A DNA stretch of 64,000 bases from the human T2T-CHM13v2.0 reference genome, Homo sapiens. The stretch is taken from NCBI RefSeq assembly GCF_009914755.1, contig NC_060947.1. The stretch is one strand, 5' to 3'. Both the position numbers and the translations under genes were made by a program. Each line of letters begins with the position of its first letter. Position 1 is the first letter of the stretch. Below are positions 1 to 22,996 of the stretch, in pieces. A model generated the notes under the pieces. It made no database searches and was not told where the DNA came from. It saw only the letters and a program-made list of their open reading frames with translations.

Positions 1-40
1 GTACACCATAAATATATAAATATATACAATAAAAATGTAT

Positions 41-323
41 AGAGACAAAGTCTTGCTCTGTTGCCCAGGCTGGAGTGCAGTGGTGTGATCATGGCTGACT
101 GCAGCCTTGACCTCCCAGTCTCAATCCATTCTCTTGCCTCAGCCTCCTGAGTAGCTGGGACTACAAGCACACACCACTATGACCGGCTAATTTTTGTATT
201 TTTTGTAGAAATGGGATCTCACTATGTTGCAAAGGCTGGTCCTCAACTCTTGGACTCAAGTGATCCTCTTGCCTCAGCCTTTGAAAGTACTGAGATTACA
301 GGCATCAGCTACCAGGCCCAGCC
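41..323 (-). mobile_element. AluJ-like SINE
   Basis: Antisense Alu dimer sequence. Confidence 0.9.
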
Positions 324-486
324 CAATTTTAAAGATAAATAAATGCAATTAATAAATGCAAAATAAATAGATGCAAATTAAATACAAATAAATAAATGCA
401 AAATAAATAAATAAACCCTCACCACTCTCAGCACACTACCCTTCTTTGTTTTTCTTCAAAGCATTCATTGCAACTTAAAAAAAAAG

Positions 487-611
487 GTTTTTAGAGATGG
501 GGGAAGCTCACTTTGTTCCCCAGATTGGTCTCGACCTCCTTGACTCAAACAATCTTCCTGCCTCAGCCTCCTGAGTAGCTGGGATTATAGGCAGGAGCTA
601 CTGCGCCCAAC
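487..611 (-). mobile_element. Alu monomer (FLAM-like)
   Basis: Single antisense Alu left-arm-like unit. Confidence 0.75.
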
Positions 612-1309
612 TGCTTCTTGCAACCTAATATACTGTTTATTTATTTATTGGTTTATCTTCTGTTTCCCTGCACTAGACTCTAAGCCCACCACGGCAGGAA
701 CTCTGCCTAGCACATGGTAAGAGCTTGCTCCTTCTTGGTTGAGGAGCCCCCACCACGCTGTATTGCATTCTGGGAGTGTGACATTAAAAGGTACAGCAGC
801 AAGCACACGAGCTCTGGAACCACACCCCCTGGGTTCTGGTTCCACTTCCATTGCCTAGCAGCTGACGGGCCTCTGGCAAGTTTTTTCACCTTGCTGTGTC
901 TCAGTCTCCCCATCTTCAGTATGGACAAAATCTCAGTTCCTACCTTACTGTAGCCCAGATCAAGTTGCTGCACACTGCCAGCGCCCTCAGATGGAGCTAC
1001 TGACTCAGATGGCCTGGGACTCATGCCCGCACTCTGCTCCCTGTGCTCCTCCCCAAACCCACTTCAGAGAAGGCCTCATGGGTCCCTCAACCCTCTGAAA
1101 GGGAAGGGTGTGTTGTGTAGAAGGCTGTTCGCAATGACTACTTCTAAAGCACATACGTCAGGCATTGACTGTGCCCTCTGGTCATATGAAGGTGCGTTAA
1201 ACTCCTGGTTTCCCTTGATGCTGGCAGCATCTCCTCTTTCTCTAAAATGCTGTATGCCCATGTAGAAAGGCCTGTCCCCTTCGCCCTCAGAAAGTTCACT
1301 AAAAACTCA

Positions 1310-7257
<5,948 letters not shown>

Positions 7258-7889
7258 TCAACCTACAAAAGGCAGATTAATTTGAGAAAAGGCATACAAA
7301 TTTATTTAAAGCGTATACATGGGAGCCTTCAGAATGGAGGCCCTACCCAATGATGGGGTGCAGAAGCCTATATACTATCTTGAGGTTACAGAAAGAATGG
7401 GAGCTCCCTTGAGGCATGGCCAAAAACAGGTCATGGTGGTAAATCAGGTTACGGTGGCAGGACAGGTTATGGGAGGGGCAGAAGGGGAGGCCTGAGGAGC
7501 AAAGGTGGTCTCCTTAGGTAGATGAACCCTCACAGGTAGCAGCCCTCAGAAAGAATAGATGGTGAAGATTTCTTTCAGATCTTTAAGGTGTGAGACTCTC
7601 AGTTCATCTTTCCCAGATCCTGACAAGGGAAGGCCTGGCTGCATCAGTGCAGATTCTCCACAGATGCAAATCGTCTCCACAAAAGGCAGCTCTGCAGGGA
7701 CGCTTCTGTTTGCTGGGCTCCTGACAGCCATCTCAAAATATGTCAAAGAAATCTATTTGGGGGTAAAACACTTGGATTTCCTTCACTGGCCTTCCAAGAC
7801 ACAGACCTTGCTATGAACGCTGTCTCCACCACCTGCTGGCCATGTGAACTCAGGCAAGTCACTTCACCTTGCTGAGCTACTTCAGATTT

Positions 7890-8343
<454 letters not shown>

Positions 8344-8545
8344 TAAGTTGCCTGTTCACTCTGATGGTAGCTTCTTTTGCTGTGCAGAAGCTCTTTAGTT
8401 GAATTAGATCCCATTTGTCAATTTTGGCTTTTGTTGCCATTGCTTTTGGTGTTTTACACATGAAGTCCTTGCCCATGCCTATGTCCTGAATGGTATTGCC
8501 TAGGTTTTCTTCTAGGGTTTTTATGGTTTTAGGTCTAACATTTAA

Positions 8546-11840
<3,295 letters not shown>

Positions 11841-13644
11841 AAAAAGTCAGGAAACAACAGGTGCTGGAGAGGATGTGGAGAAATAGGAACACTTTTACAC
11901 TGTTGGTGGGACGGTAAACTAGTTCAACCATTGTGGAAGACAGTGTGGTGATTCCTCAAGGATCTAGAACTAGAAATACCATTTGACGCAGCCATCCCAT
12001 TACTGGGTATATACCCAAAGGATTATAAATCATGCTGCTATAAAGACACATGCACACGTATGTTTATTGCGGCACTATTCACAATAGCAGACTTGGAACC
12101 AACCCAAATGCCCATCAGTGATAGACTGGATTAAGACAATGTGGCATATATACACCATGGAATACTATGCAGCCATAAAAAAGGATGAGTTCATGTCCTC
12201 TGTAGGGACATGGATGAAACTGGAAGCCATCATTCTCAGCAAACTATCACAAGGACAAAAAAACAAACACCGCATGTTCTCACTCATAGGTGGGAATTGA
12301 ACAATGAGAACACTTGGACACAGGAAGGGGAACATCACACACCAGGGCCTGTCGTGGGGTGTGGGGAGGGGGGAGGGATAGCATTAGGAGATATACCTAA
12401 TGTAAATTATGAGTTAAAGGGTGCAGCACACCAACATGGCGCATGTATACATATGTAACAAACCTGCACATTGTGCACATGTACCCTAGAACTTAAAGTA
12501 TAATAACAATAAAAAAAAGAATAAGGCCTCTAGCAGTGGAATTAGAATCTCCTGAGTAAGAGCAGCCTCTGATTTGCTGGTATCCTCATCCATTCCATTG
12601 GTCTGCTCTCCTCAGAGAGTTAGGCTGTAGGTTAGGGAGGCAAAGGCCCTTGAATTGCTCTTTTCCTGAAGAAAAGAAGGGAAATGGTCCATTATTGAGG
12701 CCCTCCTGCACATGTAGCCCTGTGCTCTGTGCTCTAGATATCTTCTCTTATTGACCTTGACAACTACCAGGTAGGGCATTTTCATTACCCCATGTCACAG
12801 ATGAGAACTCCAAGGCCATATAACAGGAAGTGAGGGTAGAAAACAGGGGCCAGCCTGAGTTTCAGGCCCCTACCCTGGGGAAAGATGCCAACTCATTGTG
12901 GGGAAAACTGTTCTACTGTCACAGAAAGGCCCAGTCCTGCCTACCTTCTAGATTCTTGGTCTAGAAGAGGCACCTTCTCCCAGCCATGGGTGGGAATGCC
13001 CACTGTGTTTGCTGAGCCTTGTCCTAAAGGGTGTATGTGCCTTGGAAGCATGCCCTAGGATTCAACCACTTACCAAGCCCTTCCAAGAGGAGATCACGAA
13101 GATGATGTCACTGAAGCTCCCCAAGCAGACAAATATGCACAAACCTTTATAAAGACGTTTCAAAGCAATTTATAAAGGAATAGTACATCCTGCTCTGGAG
13201 AAATGGGGTTGACCTTGGATATAGGGCTCAGAATGGAAGCTATCCAAGACTGATGGCACATCCTTGAGCTAGATATTCATCTCTCTGTTCTTATCCACAT
13301 ACCTCTATTCATATTTTGTACATAATTTATAATTTTATATTTCCTCTAGCAGATAATCCCAGAGCTCTAGCCTGGCCCTAGGCTGTGGCAGCCATAACCA
13401 TAAAATGCTGAGACAGAAAGCGAAGAAGAAATCAAGTAGAGAAAAGCAAATGCCTATGCACGATCTGATTTCTTTCAGATCCTGGATATGTGGGTTGGTA
13501 TTTATTTGCATGTCTGGAATCTGTTCTAACTAGCCACCTCTGCTCACTAACTTCTTCTGTGTACTTCTCTTTTTCTCCAAAAAGCCTCACACAACCTGGG
13601 CACTTGAAATAAGTACATATGATAAATGACCTGGTTTCTCTAAT

Positions 13645-13649
<5 letters not shown>

Positions 13650-13728
<79 letters not shown>

Positions 13729-13742
13729 GACAGACAGACAGA
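13650..13742. repeat. Compound microsatellite (TA)n(GA)n(GACA)n
   Basis: Read directly from the sequence. Confidence 0.95.
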
Positions 13743-14126
13743 AACATTTAACAGTTTGTGTAGTGCTTTCACATAAATTATCTTATCTGATCACCAACCC
13801 CAGAGTCCTACCAAAGAGTTCTTAATATGTCTATTTGACAGATGAGGAAACTGATATTCTGAGAGGTAACATGAGAGGGAGATGGTAAGTGGAGCACACA
13901 CTGGAGAGGGATGCAGGAGTCCTAGGTACAAGTCCTGGCATGGCTACTTATTCATTCCATGGCCTTGAGAAACTTATTCCCCTGCTCTGTGCCTCAGTTT
14001 CCTTAACTATAAAATGAGGGGATTAGATCAGATCATGGATGAAACTTTAATCAATAGATGATAACTATCCGGAGCACTGCCTGGAGACAGATTCTGAGGC
14101 ACATCTGAGCTAAGGAGGAACTCCAG

Positions 14127-14662
14127 CATAACCATAATAGGTTCAGTGCCCAATGCACAAAGCAAGTCAATATGCCAAGACATTGGGTTGCAGCAGAAAA
14201 AGAGTTTTAATCATAGAGTCACTGAATGAGGAGATGGGAGGAAACGTCAAACCTTTCTCACGGGAAAAGGTTGAGGCTAGGAATTTTAAGGGATTTGGAG
14301 TGGGCCAAAGTGTGGAGATCCTTGACTAGTTGAAGAGTGCAGCGTGAAGTCACGAGAAAGGGGATGAAAAAGTTGTTATTCTCATGCTGATTTCATTTCT
14401 CCTTGTGGGTCTTCAAACTGGTTGCTGAAATTTGGGGTCTGAAAAACATCTTAAAAAATCCTTAAACAAAAGCCTTATGATTCTAGTGTCAGAGAGCCTG
14501 TCCATGGGAACAGTGGGGATGCAAACAGTGAGAATCTAGTGCCACCTGACCTTCAGCAATAAGGGAGTGGGCCAAAGTTCAGCCTGATTCATGCTTTATT
14601 ATAAATATGTTTCTGTCCATAAGCCAGCACGCAATTCTATCAGCCCTGTGGAAATGGTTTCA
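14127..14662 (-). mobile_element. ERV1 solo LTR (LOR1-like)
   Basis: Resembles the recalled LOR1/MER4-group LTR in antisense; ends GGTTTCA. Subfamily uncertain. Confidence 0.55.
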
Positions 14663-15462
14663 CTGGGATAGATTAGGAGGGGAGCAGTAGCACAGGCGCT
14701 CCCTTTTTTTAGCCTTCCTTTTGCTGTCTTTGGGCTACAGGGTATTTATGAGCCCATTCCAGCTCTGAGAGTTTTGGGTTTCCAAGTGGTTTGCCTCTGA
14801 GGTCGCCCAGAAGAGCTGGGACTGGGCTCATTCCTCTGCCCAATAGGCTTTCTACCTGCCAAGCTCCACTGTGAAGCACTAGACTTAGAATTGACTTCGG
14901 TCCTAGGCATTTAATCAATATTTGCTGAGTTTTTGCTTTGTAGTTTAGGGAAAACCACTTCTCTTCTTTGAGCCTCAAGTTCTTCCCTCATTTGGCAAAA
15001 GGAGCTAACTAGACATCTATCATAGTAACATACCAAGCAAGGGGCAGATCTGGCCTCCAGGCCAAGAGTTCCCTCACTGCGTGGCATTTCTTCCATCAGG
15101 GTGACTGGTAGGCTTGTGAGACTTCAACGAGATAAATTCTTCATACCAACTTCTAGCAATTGTGTCTCACCAAGTTTTCAGGGGTGGAAACAGACTCAGT
15201 AAGGGGTGCAGCTAATGGTGGCTGATAGCATGGGCTCTTGAAGGAGGCTGCTGACATTTACATCCTGACTCTGCCACTGTTTAAACTTAGGCAAGTTACC
15301 AGGCAGTGCCCCCGTTTCTCTATCTGTAAAATACAGCTGTTCCTAGCATCTACCTTATAAGGTTATGAGGACACAAGTGAATGCATAGAAAAAGCTTAGA
15401 AGAGTGTCTGGCTCATTGTTAATGACCAATAGATGTTCACTATTTTTATCGTCCAAGGTAAC

Positions 15463-15895
15463 TGTATGGCAGATGTGCCTGACAGCAATAACTTAAGCAT
15501 ACCCTGCAAATGACCCAATGGTCTAGGAAGAATGTGTGCTCAGAGTTCCAAGCTAAGGAATCCAGGAGTGGCCAACCCGGAGATTCATTCCTTATCTTTG
15601 AGGAACATCTGAAGCCTTGGCTCATTCCTTGGAACACAGGACATGAAAGGAACTGAGGCCCTTTGTTTTGGGTTAAATGGAGGTTGCTACGGGAAGAGTG
15701 CTAAGTAAAAACATTGTATAAATTGCATGCTTTTTGCAAATGGCAGTGGTTCCCCTGACTAGTCCTCTACCACTGAACCTTCCCTGTAAGTCCCCCCAGT
15801 AAACTCTATGTCTTGTTCGCTGTCTCCTGGTCTCTTCTTCAACCTCTCAGACATGGTGGCATCTCTGTTGAAGTCAATAGGGGTCCAGCACAACA
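15463..15895 (+). mobile_element. Solo LTR (LTR47-like, ERVL)
   Basis: TG...CA termini (TGTATGGCAGA...CACAACA); 5-bp TSD GTAAC/GTAAT at 15458-15462 and 15896-15900. Confidence 0.7.
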
Positions 15896-16424
15896 GTAAT
15901 GCAGCAAGCCACAGGCAGAACCGGCCTCCAAGCCAAGAACTCCCTCACCGCATGACACTTCTTCCATCAGGATGACCCAGGAATGAGTGAGTGAGCAGGG
16001 ACAAGAATCCTAGGTCCTGAGCAGTGCTCAGATCTGGTTTCTGACTGAGTTTATGAAGAGTGGGCTTGTCTCAGGGCCTGTGGGCAAGGTGGCAGCAGTC
16101 CAACTGTGTAACTGTGTGAGGGTGTCATACTTCTTCTCCTCAGCTCTGCAGAGCGTGGGCAGAGAGAGAAAGGAAGCCTGCACAGTGGCGGGTAGCAGGG
16201 AGACCTGGGAAAAGAACTTTTACCTCCAAGCTACCCTCTTCTTTTTCTTCCTCTCCCTCTTTCTCCTCTTTACCACCTCCTCCTCTCCATCCTCCTCTCC
16301 CTTTCTCCTCTTCCTTCTTTTTATTTTTTAAAGATTTCTCATTGTATATTTTTCATATTATGGAAAGTAACATATATTTTTAAAAGTAACATGTTACTTT
16401 TAAAAATAACAGCTTTATTGAGAT

Positions 16425-17346
16425 TGAAGGGAATCAAAATATTATATCCCAAAACACATTTATTTGACATATTTTGAGATGGCTGTCAGGGGCCCAGCAA
16501 ACAGAAGCGTCCCTGCAAAGCTGTCTTTTGTGGGGACAATTTGCATCTGTGGAGAATCTGCACTGATGCAGCCAGGCCTTCCCTTGTCAGGATCTGGGAA
16601 AGATGAACCAAGAGTCTCACACCCTAAAGATCTGAAAGAAACATTCATCGTCTTTTCTCTCTGAGGGCTGCTACCTGTGAGGGTTCATCTACCTAAGGAG
16701 ACCACCTTTGCTCCTCAGGCCTCCCCTTCTGCCCCTCCCATAACCTGTCCTGCCACCGTAACCTGATTTACCACCATGACCTGTTTTAGGCCATGCCTCA
16801 AGGGAGCTCCCATTCTTTCTGTAACCTCAAGATAGTATATAAGCTTCTGAGAATGATGATTTCCAATTTCATCCATGTCCCTACAAAGGACATGAACTCA
16901 TCATTTTTTATGGCTGCATAGTATTCCATGGTGCATATGTGCCACATTTTCTTAATCCAGTCTATCATTGTTGGACATTTGGGTTGGTTCCAAGTCTTTG
17001 CTATTGTGAATAATGCCGCAATAAACATACGTGTGCATGTGTCTTTATAGCAGCATGATTTATAGTCCTTTGGGTATATACCCAGTAATGGGATGAGTTA
17101 GTGGGTGCAGCGCACCAGCATGGCACATGTATACATATGTAACTAACCTGCACATTGTGCACATGTACCCTAAAACTTAAAGTAAAAAAAAATTTAAAAA
17201 AAGATAGTATATAAGCTTCTGCATTCCATTGTGGGGTTGGGTAATCATCTGTGATGCTCCCCGTGTACACATGAATAAATTGTATGCCTTCCCCACTCCA
17301 CCAGTTAGCCTGCCTTTTGTGAATTGATTTTTCAGTGAACTCTACA
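16425..17346 (+). mobile_element. ERV1 (MER4-group, MER34/MER39-like) solo LTR, interrupted by L1
   Basis: Starts TGAAGGGAATCAAAATATT..., AATAAA near 17274, ends ...CTACA. Reverse-complement homologue of 7253-7785. Confidence 0.8.
16850..17200 (+). mobile_element. Short 5'-inverted young L1 (L1PA2-like) inserted in an LTR
   Basis: Antisense piece ~16850-17095, then sense 3' end ~17092-17200. Perfect 21-bp TSD AAGATAGTATATAAGCTTCTG at 16829-16849 and 17201-17221. Confidence 0.9.
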
Positions 17347-17364
17347 GTATCTACTTGAGCTCTC

Positions 17365-18036
17365 TGAAACTGCCTTTGCAAAAATAACAACAGGAAATTA
17401 TTACAGTGAAAGAGATCTGAACTAACCAACTCCATCTTGCTTCTAACCTCTAAGATGTTCCTGTTCATTACTGGGTGTAGGCCAAACAACTTTTGGAGAA
17501 ACTTAGTTTATAGTTTAATACTGAAAAAGATGATAGCTGCCCTTTCCCAAAACAAGTCCCCTTCTTGTGTGGGAACTAAACTGCCTTTGCCAGACTAACA
17601 AATTAGCCACAAGATTATAAATTATGGTTTAGGAACCACTGTGGTAAAACTTGAGATCAGTGCTTGAGATATTTTGCACATCCTGTATTCTGATGCACCA
17701 GGTGATGCCACCAAGATTGAAAAACTGGCTTATCTGGTCTTCTGGCCCCCACCCAGGAACTAACTCAGCACAAAAGAACAGCTTCAACTCCCTATGAGTT
17801 CATCTTTGACCCGACCAATCAACACTCCTCACTTTCTGACCCCATATCCACCAAATTATCCTTAAAAACACTGATCCCTGAATTTTTGAGGTAACTGATT
17901 TGAGTAATAATAAAACTTCCATGTCCCATACAGCTGGCTCTGCATGAATTAATCTCCTTCTCTATTGCAATTCCCCCATCTTGATAAATTGGCTCTGTCT
18001 AGACAGCAGGCAAGGAGAATCCAATGGGAGGTTACA
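17365..18036 (+). mobile_element. LTR8-like ERV1 solo LTR
   Basis: TGAAACTGCCTTTGCAAAA... start and ...GGGAGGTTACA end match the recalled LTR8 consensus. Confidence 0.75.
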
Positions 18037-18959
18037 CCTTCACACGTTTATATCCCCCTCCCTGATTCAGTTGGAGCCACTGACAGGCAGACCATTCCCC
18101 TGAAACAATGCCACTCCCCTGAGATGGCACCTGAACTTTGACGGCACAGTTCAGGGGAAAGAAATACCCAAATGATATAGGATAGGGTTCAAGCTTTTCC
18201 TTCTTCAGGAGAAGTGTGTCTCTGTGGCTGGAGGTGTGCAAACAGAGGCTGTGAGAACAATTGCTGGGGATGCTACAAAAGGGCTTGGGGCATCAGATGC
18301 TGGTGGTAATGGACATGGAGTGGAAATAGATAAATCCATATCCTTTCCTTCTTTGAGAGCTAGTATTTGGACATTGTGCCCAGTTGTTTTCCAGAGATGA
18401 TTCCAGAGCTCCCGCATAGACAGATAGTGGGGGACAGGTCCCCAGCCAGGTCAACACGGTTCCCCTGGAGTTAGTGAGTGATCTCAGAGGCCCCTTGATA
18501 TCATTGTTGTTTTGCCTACCTGCCTCACACATTCAGGTTCCCCACCCTTGATGTGGCCCTGGTTGCTCAGTGAAGGATGGGCCTTGGACACTCAAGCCAG
18601 CCCACTGTGGTTTGGCACGTGTCAAGACTTACAGTTGAGGTGGCAGAGGTGGGAGATACTGGGGCTCAGGTAGCAAGTTGTCTGCCTCCTAAGGCAGGTC
18701 TACTCCAAGCATGGCATGGATCCAGCTATGCTCTTCCATTTTGCTAACTTATCTGGAGTCTTTGTGTCTGCATGTCTCACTAGAAATGCATATGTAGGCA
18801 GGAGTTTCCCAGGGAAGTGGGGGAGAGAGGAAGAGAGGGATAGAGGAAGGGAGGGAGAGAGGGAATGAACTAACTTTTATTGAGCTTTATTTATATGCCA
18901 GCTGCCATATTAAGCACCAAAGGAAGAATGGGTTAATGGAGAAAGGCTTTAGAGTTAGA

Positions 18960-19450
18960 CACTCATTCACTCACTCATAATTGTATCCATTTATTAAGTA
19001 AATATTTATTGAGCCTACTATGTGTCAGGCATTGTGCTAGATACTGGAGACACAAATGAAATTTCTAACCCCATGAAATTAAATTACAGTCTACTAGGAG
19101 AGACAGACATCAAGCAAAGAATTCCTCAAAATGATCCCTAATTACAAAGTGTGATAAATGCTCTGGAAAAAAAATAGAGGCATTGAGAGTGCATAGTAAG
19201 GGGAGCCTGATTCAGATCGTGGGGCAGGGGAATGTCGGGGAAATCTTCTATGAGGAAAAGAGGAAGAAACGGACAGCATGAGCAGAAGTTAGCCAAAGCA
19301 AGAGTGGAGGGAAAAATATTCCAGATAAAGGGAAATTTTTAAGCTAGAGCCTCGGGGTAGGGAAGAGATTAGAATGCTTAAAGAATTGAAAGGAAACTGG
19401 TGTGATTGAGGCAAAGAAATTGAGCCACCACACAGGGTTTGTTCCTTCCT
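18960..19450. mobile_element. L2 remnant
   Basis: CATTCACTCACTCA...ATTTATTGAGCCTACTATGTGTCAGGCATTGTGCTAG, typical of the L2 3' end. Confidence 0.6.
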
Positions 19451-20464
19451 AATCCCCTTCCAGGTAACCAAGGGTCAGGGACTTTGTGCTGTTTTTGAAA
19501 GTGGGAGAGAGAGGCCATGTTGAGGAAACCACAGGCTGCCCAGCTTCCCCAGGCCTGAGCCCAGCTCTCTCTTTCCTCCAGCAGCCCACTGTAGTACATG
19601 AACACTCAATGAGAGGTTCTGGAACCTGGGAGGGGCCTAAGCCAGCCTGGCTATTTCCACTGTGTTCTTAAAATCTGTTTCTGGTGTCCCCTTCTCTAAG
19701 TATCTTTTGAGTGCCTGTTCTGTGCCAAGCCTGTGCTGGGTGCCGAGGATATAGATATGAATTTGACATTTCTCCCTCAGTGAGCTCACCGTCCAGTGGT
19801 GGAAGCATACAGAGATAATGACCACCTTTAGCATCGGGAGGACCTCAGCATCTAGCTTTGATCTCTCCTGCTGCAGTTCAGGGTGATGTCACCCCAGGCT
19901 CATTTCCACCAGCCCTTCCTTGGTTTCCTGATATCACCTTGGTAGGGCTGTTGTAGGCACTTCAGACATCAAGCCAGACTCCTGATAGTGTTCTGCTCAC
20001 GAAGACCAGGGACTTCCGATTTCCCTTTGGCTTTTCTGTCTCCACTATTTTATCTCCCAGCACTCAAAACTCAACAGAAAAATATTTACATAAGCTAGTG
20101 GCAGGGCTGGGCTGAGGTAGGGCTCACTGGAAGCTTCTGTACTCTAACCCCTCTGAGATCACAGAATAGAAGAGGACACTGGACTTGGACTGATTCCAGA
20201 AGCAGGGATAGAAAGCACCTGGGACCTGGGGAATTAGCTAGCTAGAGTCGCGGGAGAGATGCCAAACATCAGGAAGAAGCCCCGATTCCCACTTCTTCTA
20301 CCCTCCCCAAGCCATGCCAATCACTAGCCATGTCACAGGGTAGAGGGTCCACCCCTTCCTTCTGGGGGGCATGGGAAGACAGCAGGCACGGTGATACAGA
20401 GCATAGGTTTGGGAACCCAGTAGCTTGAGGTTGACTCTTTACCAACTGCAGGATTGTGAAAGGC

Positions 20465-20881
20465 ATTACCAGTGCTCCTCAATATGAGTGTCTTTTCACT
20501 GCCAGGTGTGCAGAGGCTTACACATTTCCACTCCTTTGAAGTTACATGTGACCATGTGACTAGTTCTGGTTAAGGAACTGAGGGCAGAAGTGACAGGGGT
20601 CATATGTGGGTCTAAGCATCTAATTGCAGGTCCTTTACTCCATGGCTTTCTCTTGCACAGTTTTGGTGATGGTGAAAGGCCATGTTGAGATGGTGGAAGG
20701 CCATGTTGAGATGGTGATGTCAAAGTCATAAGATGATAGCTCCTCCTGCAGCCTGGGTGCTAGAACCCTCCTGTCGACCCACAAAGGACATATAATATGA
20801 GTGAGAAAAAACTCTCTTTTTAAGTCACTGATGTTTGGATGATGTCTATTACTGCAGCATAACCTGGCCTACTCTAAAACA
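20465..20881 (+). mobile_element. Old MLT1 MaLR LTR inserted in a MIR
   Basis: MLT1-like motifs (CATGTGACTAGTTCTGG; TTTAAGTCACTG...ACTGCAGCATAACC); MIR sequence on both sides. Confidence 0.55.
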
Positions 20882-22996
20882 GGAATCCTGGGCCAGTTAC
20901 TCAACCCCTGTGCCTCAGTTTCCTCATCTGTAAATCTGGGGTCATAAAAGTACCAACTTCCTATGAATATAAGGATGAAATGAGTCAATACATAAGGGGC
21001 TTAGAACAATCTGAGGTATACAATAAAGCACTCAATCAATGTTAAAATTATTACTATTATCTCATCTTCCTCCCTACCAGGCAAATCTCCTCAAACTTCT
21101 TTGGATTAACCAGAAAAATAAAGAAACAAACACATAGGCATGAGAGAGATTGTAAAGTCTTCTGGTTTCACTCATTTCTTGTCTGGACTTTCTATGACGC
21201 ATCACTGCCAAGTAGTATCCGGCTCTTCTGCAGGTCCTAGCACTGGTTCCAAAGGCAGAGCTGCAACCTGTTCACAGAGACCTTCCCTCTCCCTACCCCT
21301 GGCATCTATAATTGGAGTGGGACTCAAACCTGGGATTCCTGCCTCCTTGTCTGGCATGAATCTGGTGACATTGACACTATGCAGCACACCAGTTTCTGCT
21401 GTCACTGATACAGTCACTGAGGAAAGGAACTGGGTGCCCCTCCTGTCAAGCTACTTGGAAATCATGTCATCTCCTACCCACACTGACTCCTCTGCCCTGG
21501 GCTCCCACCAGTGTCCCCGAAAGAGACCTCTCTGAACAGGTTTCCTGGGCTCAGAACCCTTTGACCATCTCCCTCAGTTGCTCCCTCTACTTTCCTTCTC
21601 TTAAATTATTTCTGAAAGAGGCGCCTTGCTGTCTTCCTCCATCAAGCTGCTGTATGTATTCTTCCCAGGCTCCTGAACATTGGCTCCTTGCCTTTCCATG
21701 ACCTGTACCTCTGTTGGTGGTCACAGCTTCCCTGCCCCTGAACCCAGGGAAGGATTGTAGCAGAGGCTGTTGGCAAACAAAGCTCACTTGGCTCAAACGC
21801 TGGCAGATGGAAATGAATTTGCACCTTGGGAGCCCCTGTGGTCACATGCATGAGGTACTATCTGAGAGGTGGAGAGTCCACATCCCAAATGTCAGTCTCA
21901 CCTGTCAGTCACAGTGTCTTGACTTCCACCATTTGGGATAGGATATTGCCTTGTGTTAAACTGCAAAGAACACAGCAAGGCTACTATCCCTGGCCATATA
22001 GATGATTGAAGCAGGTGTTCTCAAAGTCTGGGCTGAGGAACTCCACATTGGAATCATCTGGGGTGCATGTTAAAAACGCAGGTTTCTGAGGTGGCTTTGT
22101 GGAGCTGGTGATCTGTTATTGGAAGAACGGCTGCTGGGGGGAAGGGAAGAAACACATTTGAGCACAGGTCCTTACTCCTTCACCCTCTCCACCAAGGGGC
22201 TACCCAGATCCTACCTACAACCTCTGCCCTGTGACAACACCTCCAAGGTCTGACATCAGAGACTGCATCCCCTTGAGTCTCTACTTTTAATTAAAAAGCA
22301 AATGGGGGTACCACAAGATTCAGGAAGGCAGTTATAGTGTTTGGAGGACACCTCATCCTGCCTTGAAGAACAAGAAGGTATGGGTGGAAACTACAGCTAG
22401 AGGAGTCCATGGGTAGAGGGAGGACCACTGGTCAGACAGTAGGAAGAATTCCTGGCAATAAAACTTCTTCCAATTTGTGCAGTGGTTTACAGTTTATATA
22501 GCTCTTTTGTATTCACACCCTTCATTAAGCCTCCCATAACATTGTGAGGTAAATATACTCATTACTTCTGTTTGACAGAATTGGAAATTAGGGATCAGAC
22601 AGGTTAAGCAACGTGCTCAAGATCACACAGCTACTAAGTAGTAGTGGAGGAGAGATTTGACTCCAGGCTTCCTGCCCCTGTGATAATTATGGTTGATTCT
22701 GTTATCAGTTGGGTGAAACCTGGCACAGATTCCAGGTCTTAAAGAGGGCACCAAGTGGGCTGGAGGCCCTAGAAGGTCCTCAACCTACATTATGATACCT
22801 TTCTTCTCCCTGGGGAGGATCTAGAGAAGACAAATCCTGGTCCTTGCAGGTAATTAACTTTTAGTGCTCTCCATTGGACTCTCAGCCATCAGCAGCCACT
22901 GTTTGAACGAGGATGTCATCCTGGAAGATCTCTGGACTGGCTGATGAGGCACCCACACCTCAGCTAGAATGGGAGACTTTTTGGGTGGGAGGCATC

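Noticed and set aside
7546-7816. Near-identical small ORFs at 7546-7816 and 16460-16664 suggesting a duplicated gene
   Set aside because: They are translations of the inverted LTR pair, not coding sequence.
20671-20716. 21-bp tandem duplication (AAGGCCATGTTGAGATGGTG)
   Set aside because: Ordinary slippage duplication inside an old MLT1 LTR; no sign of function.
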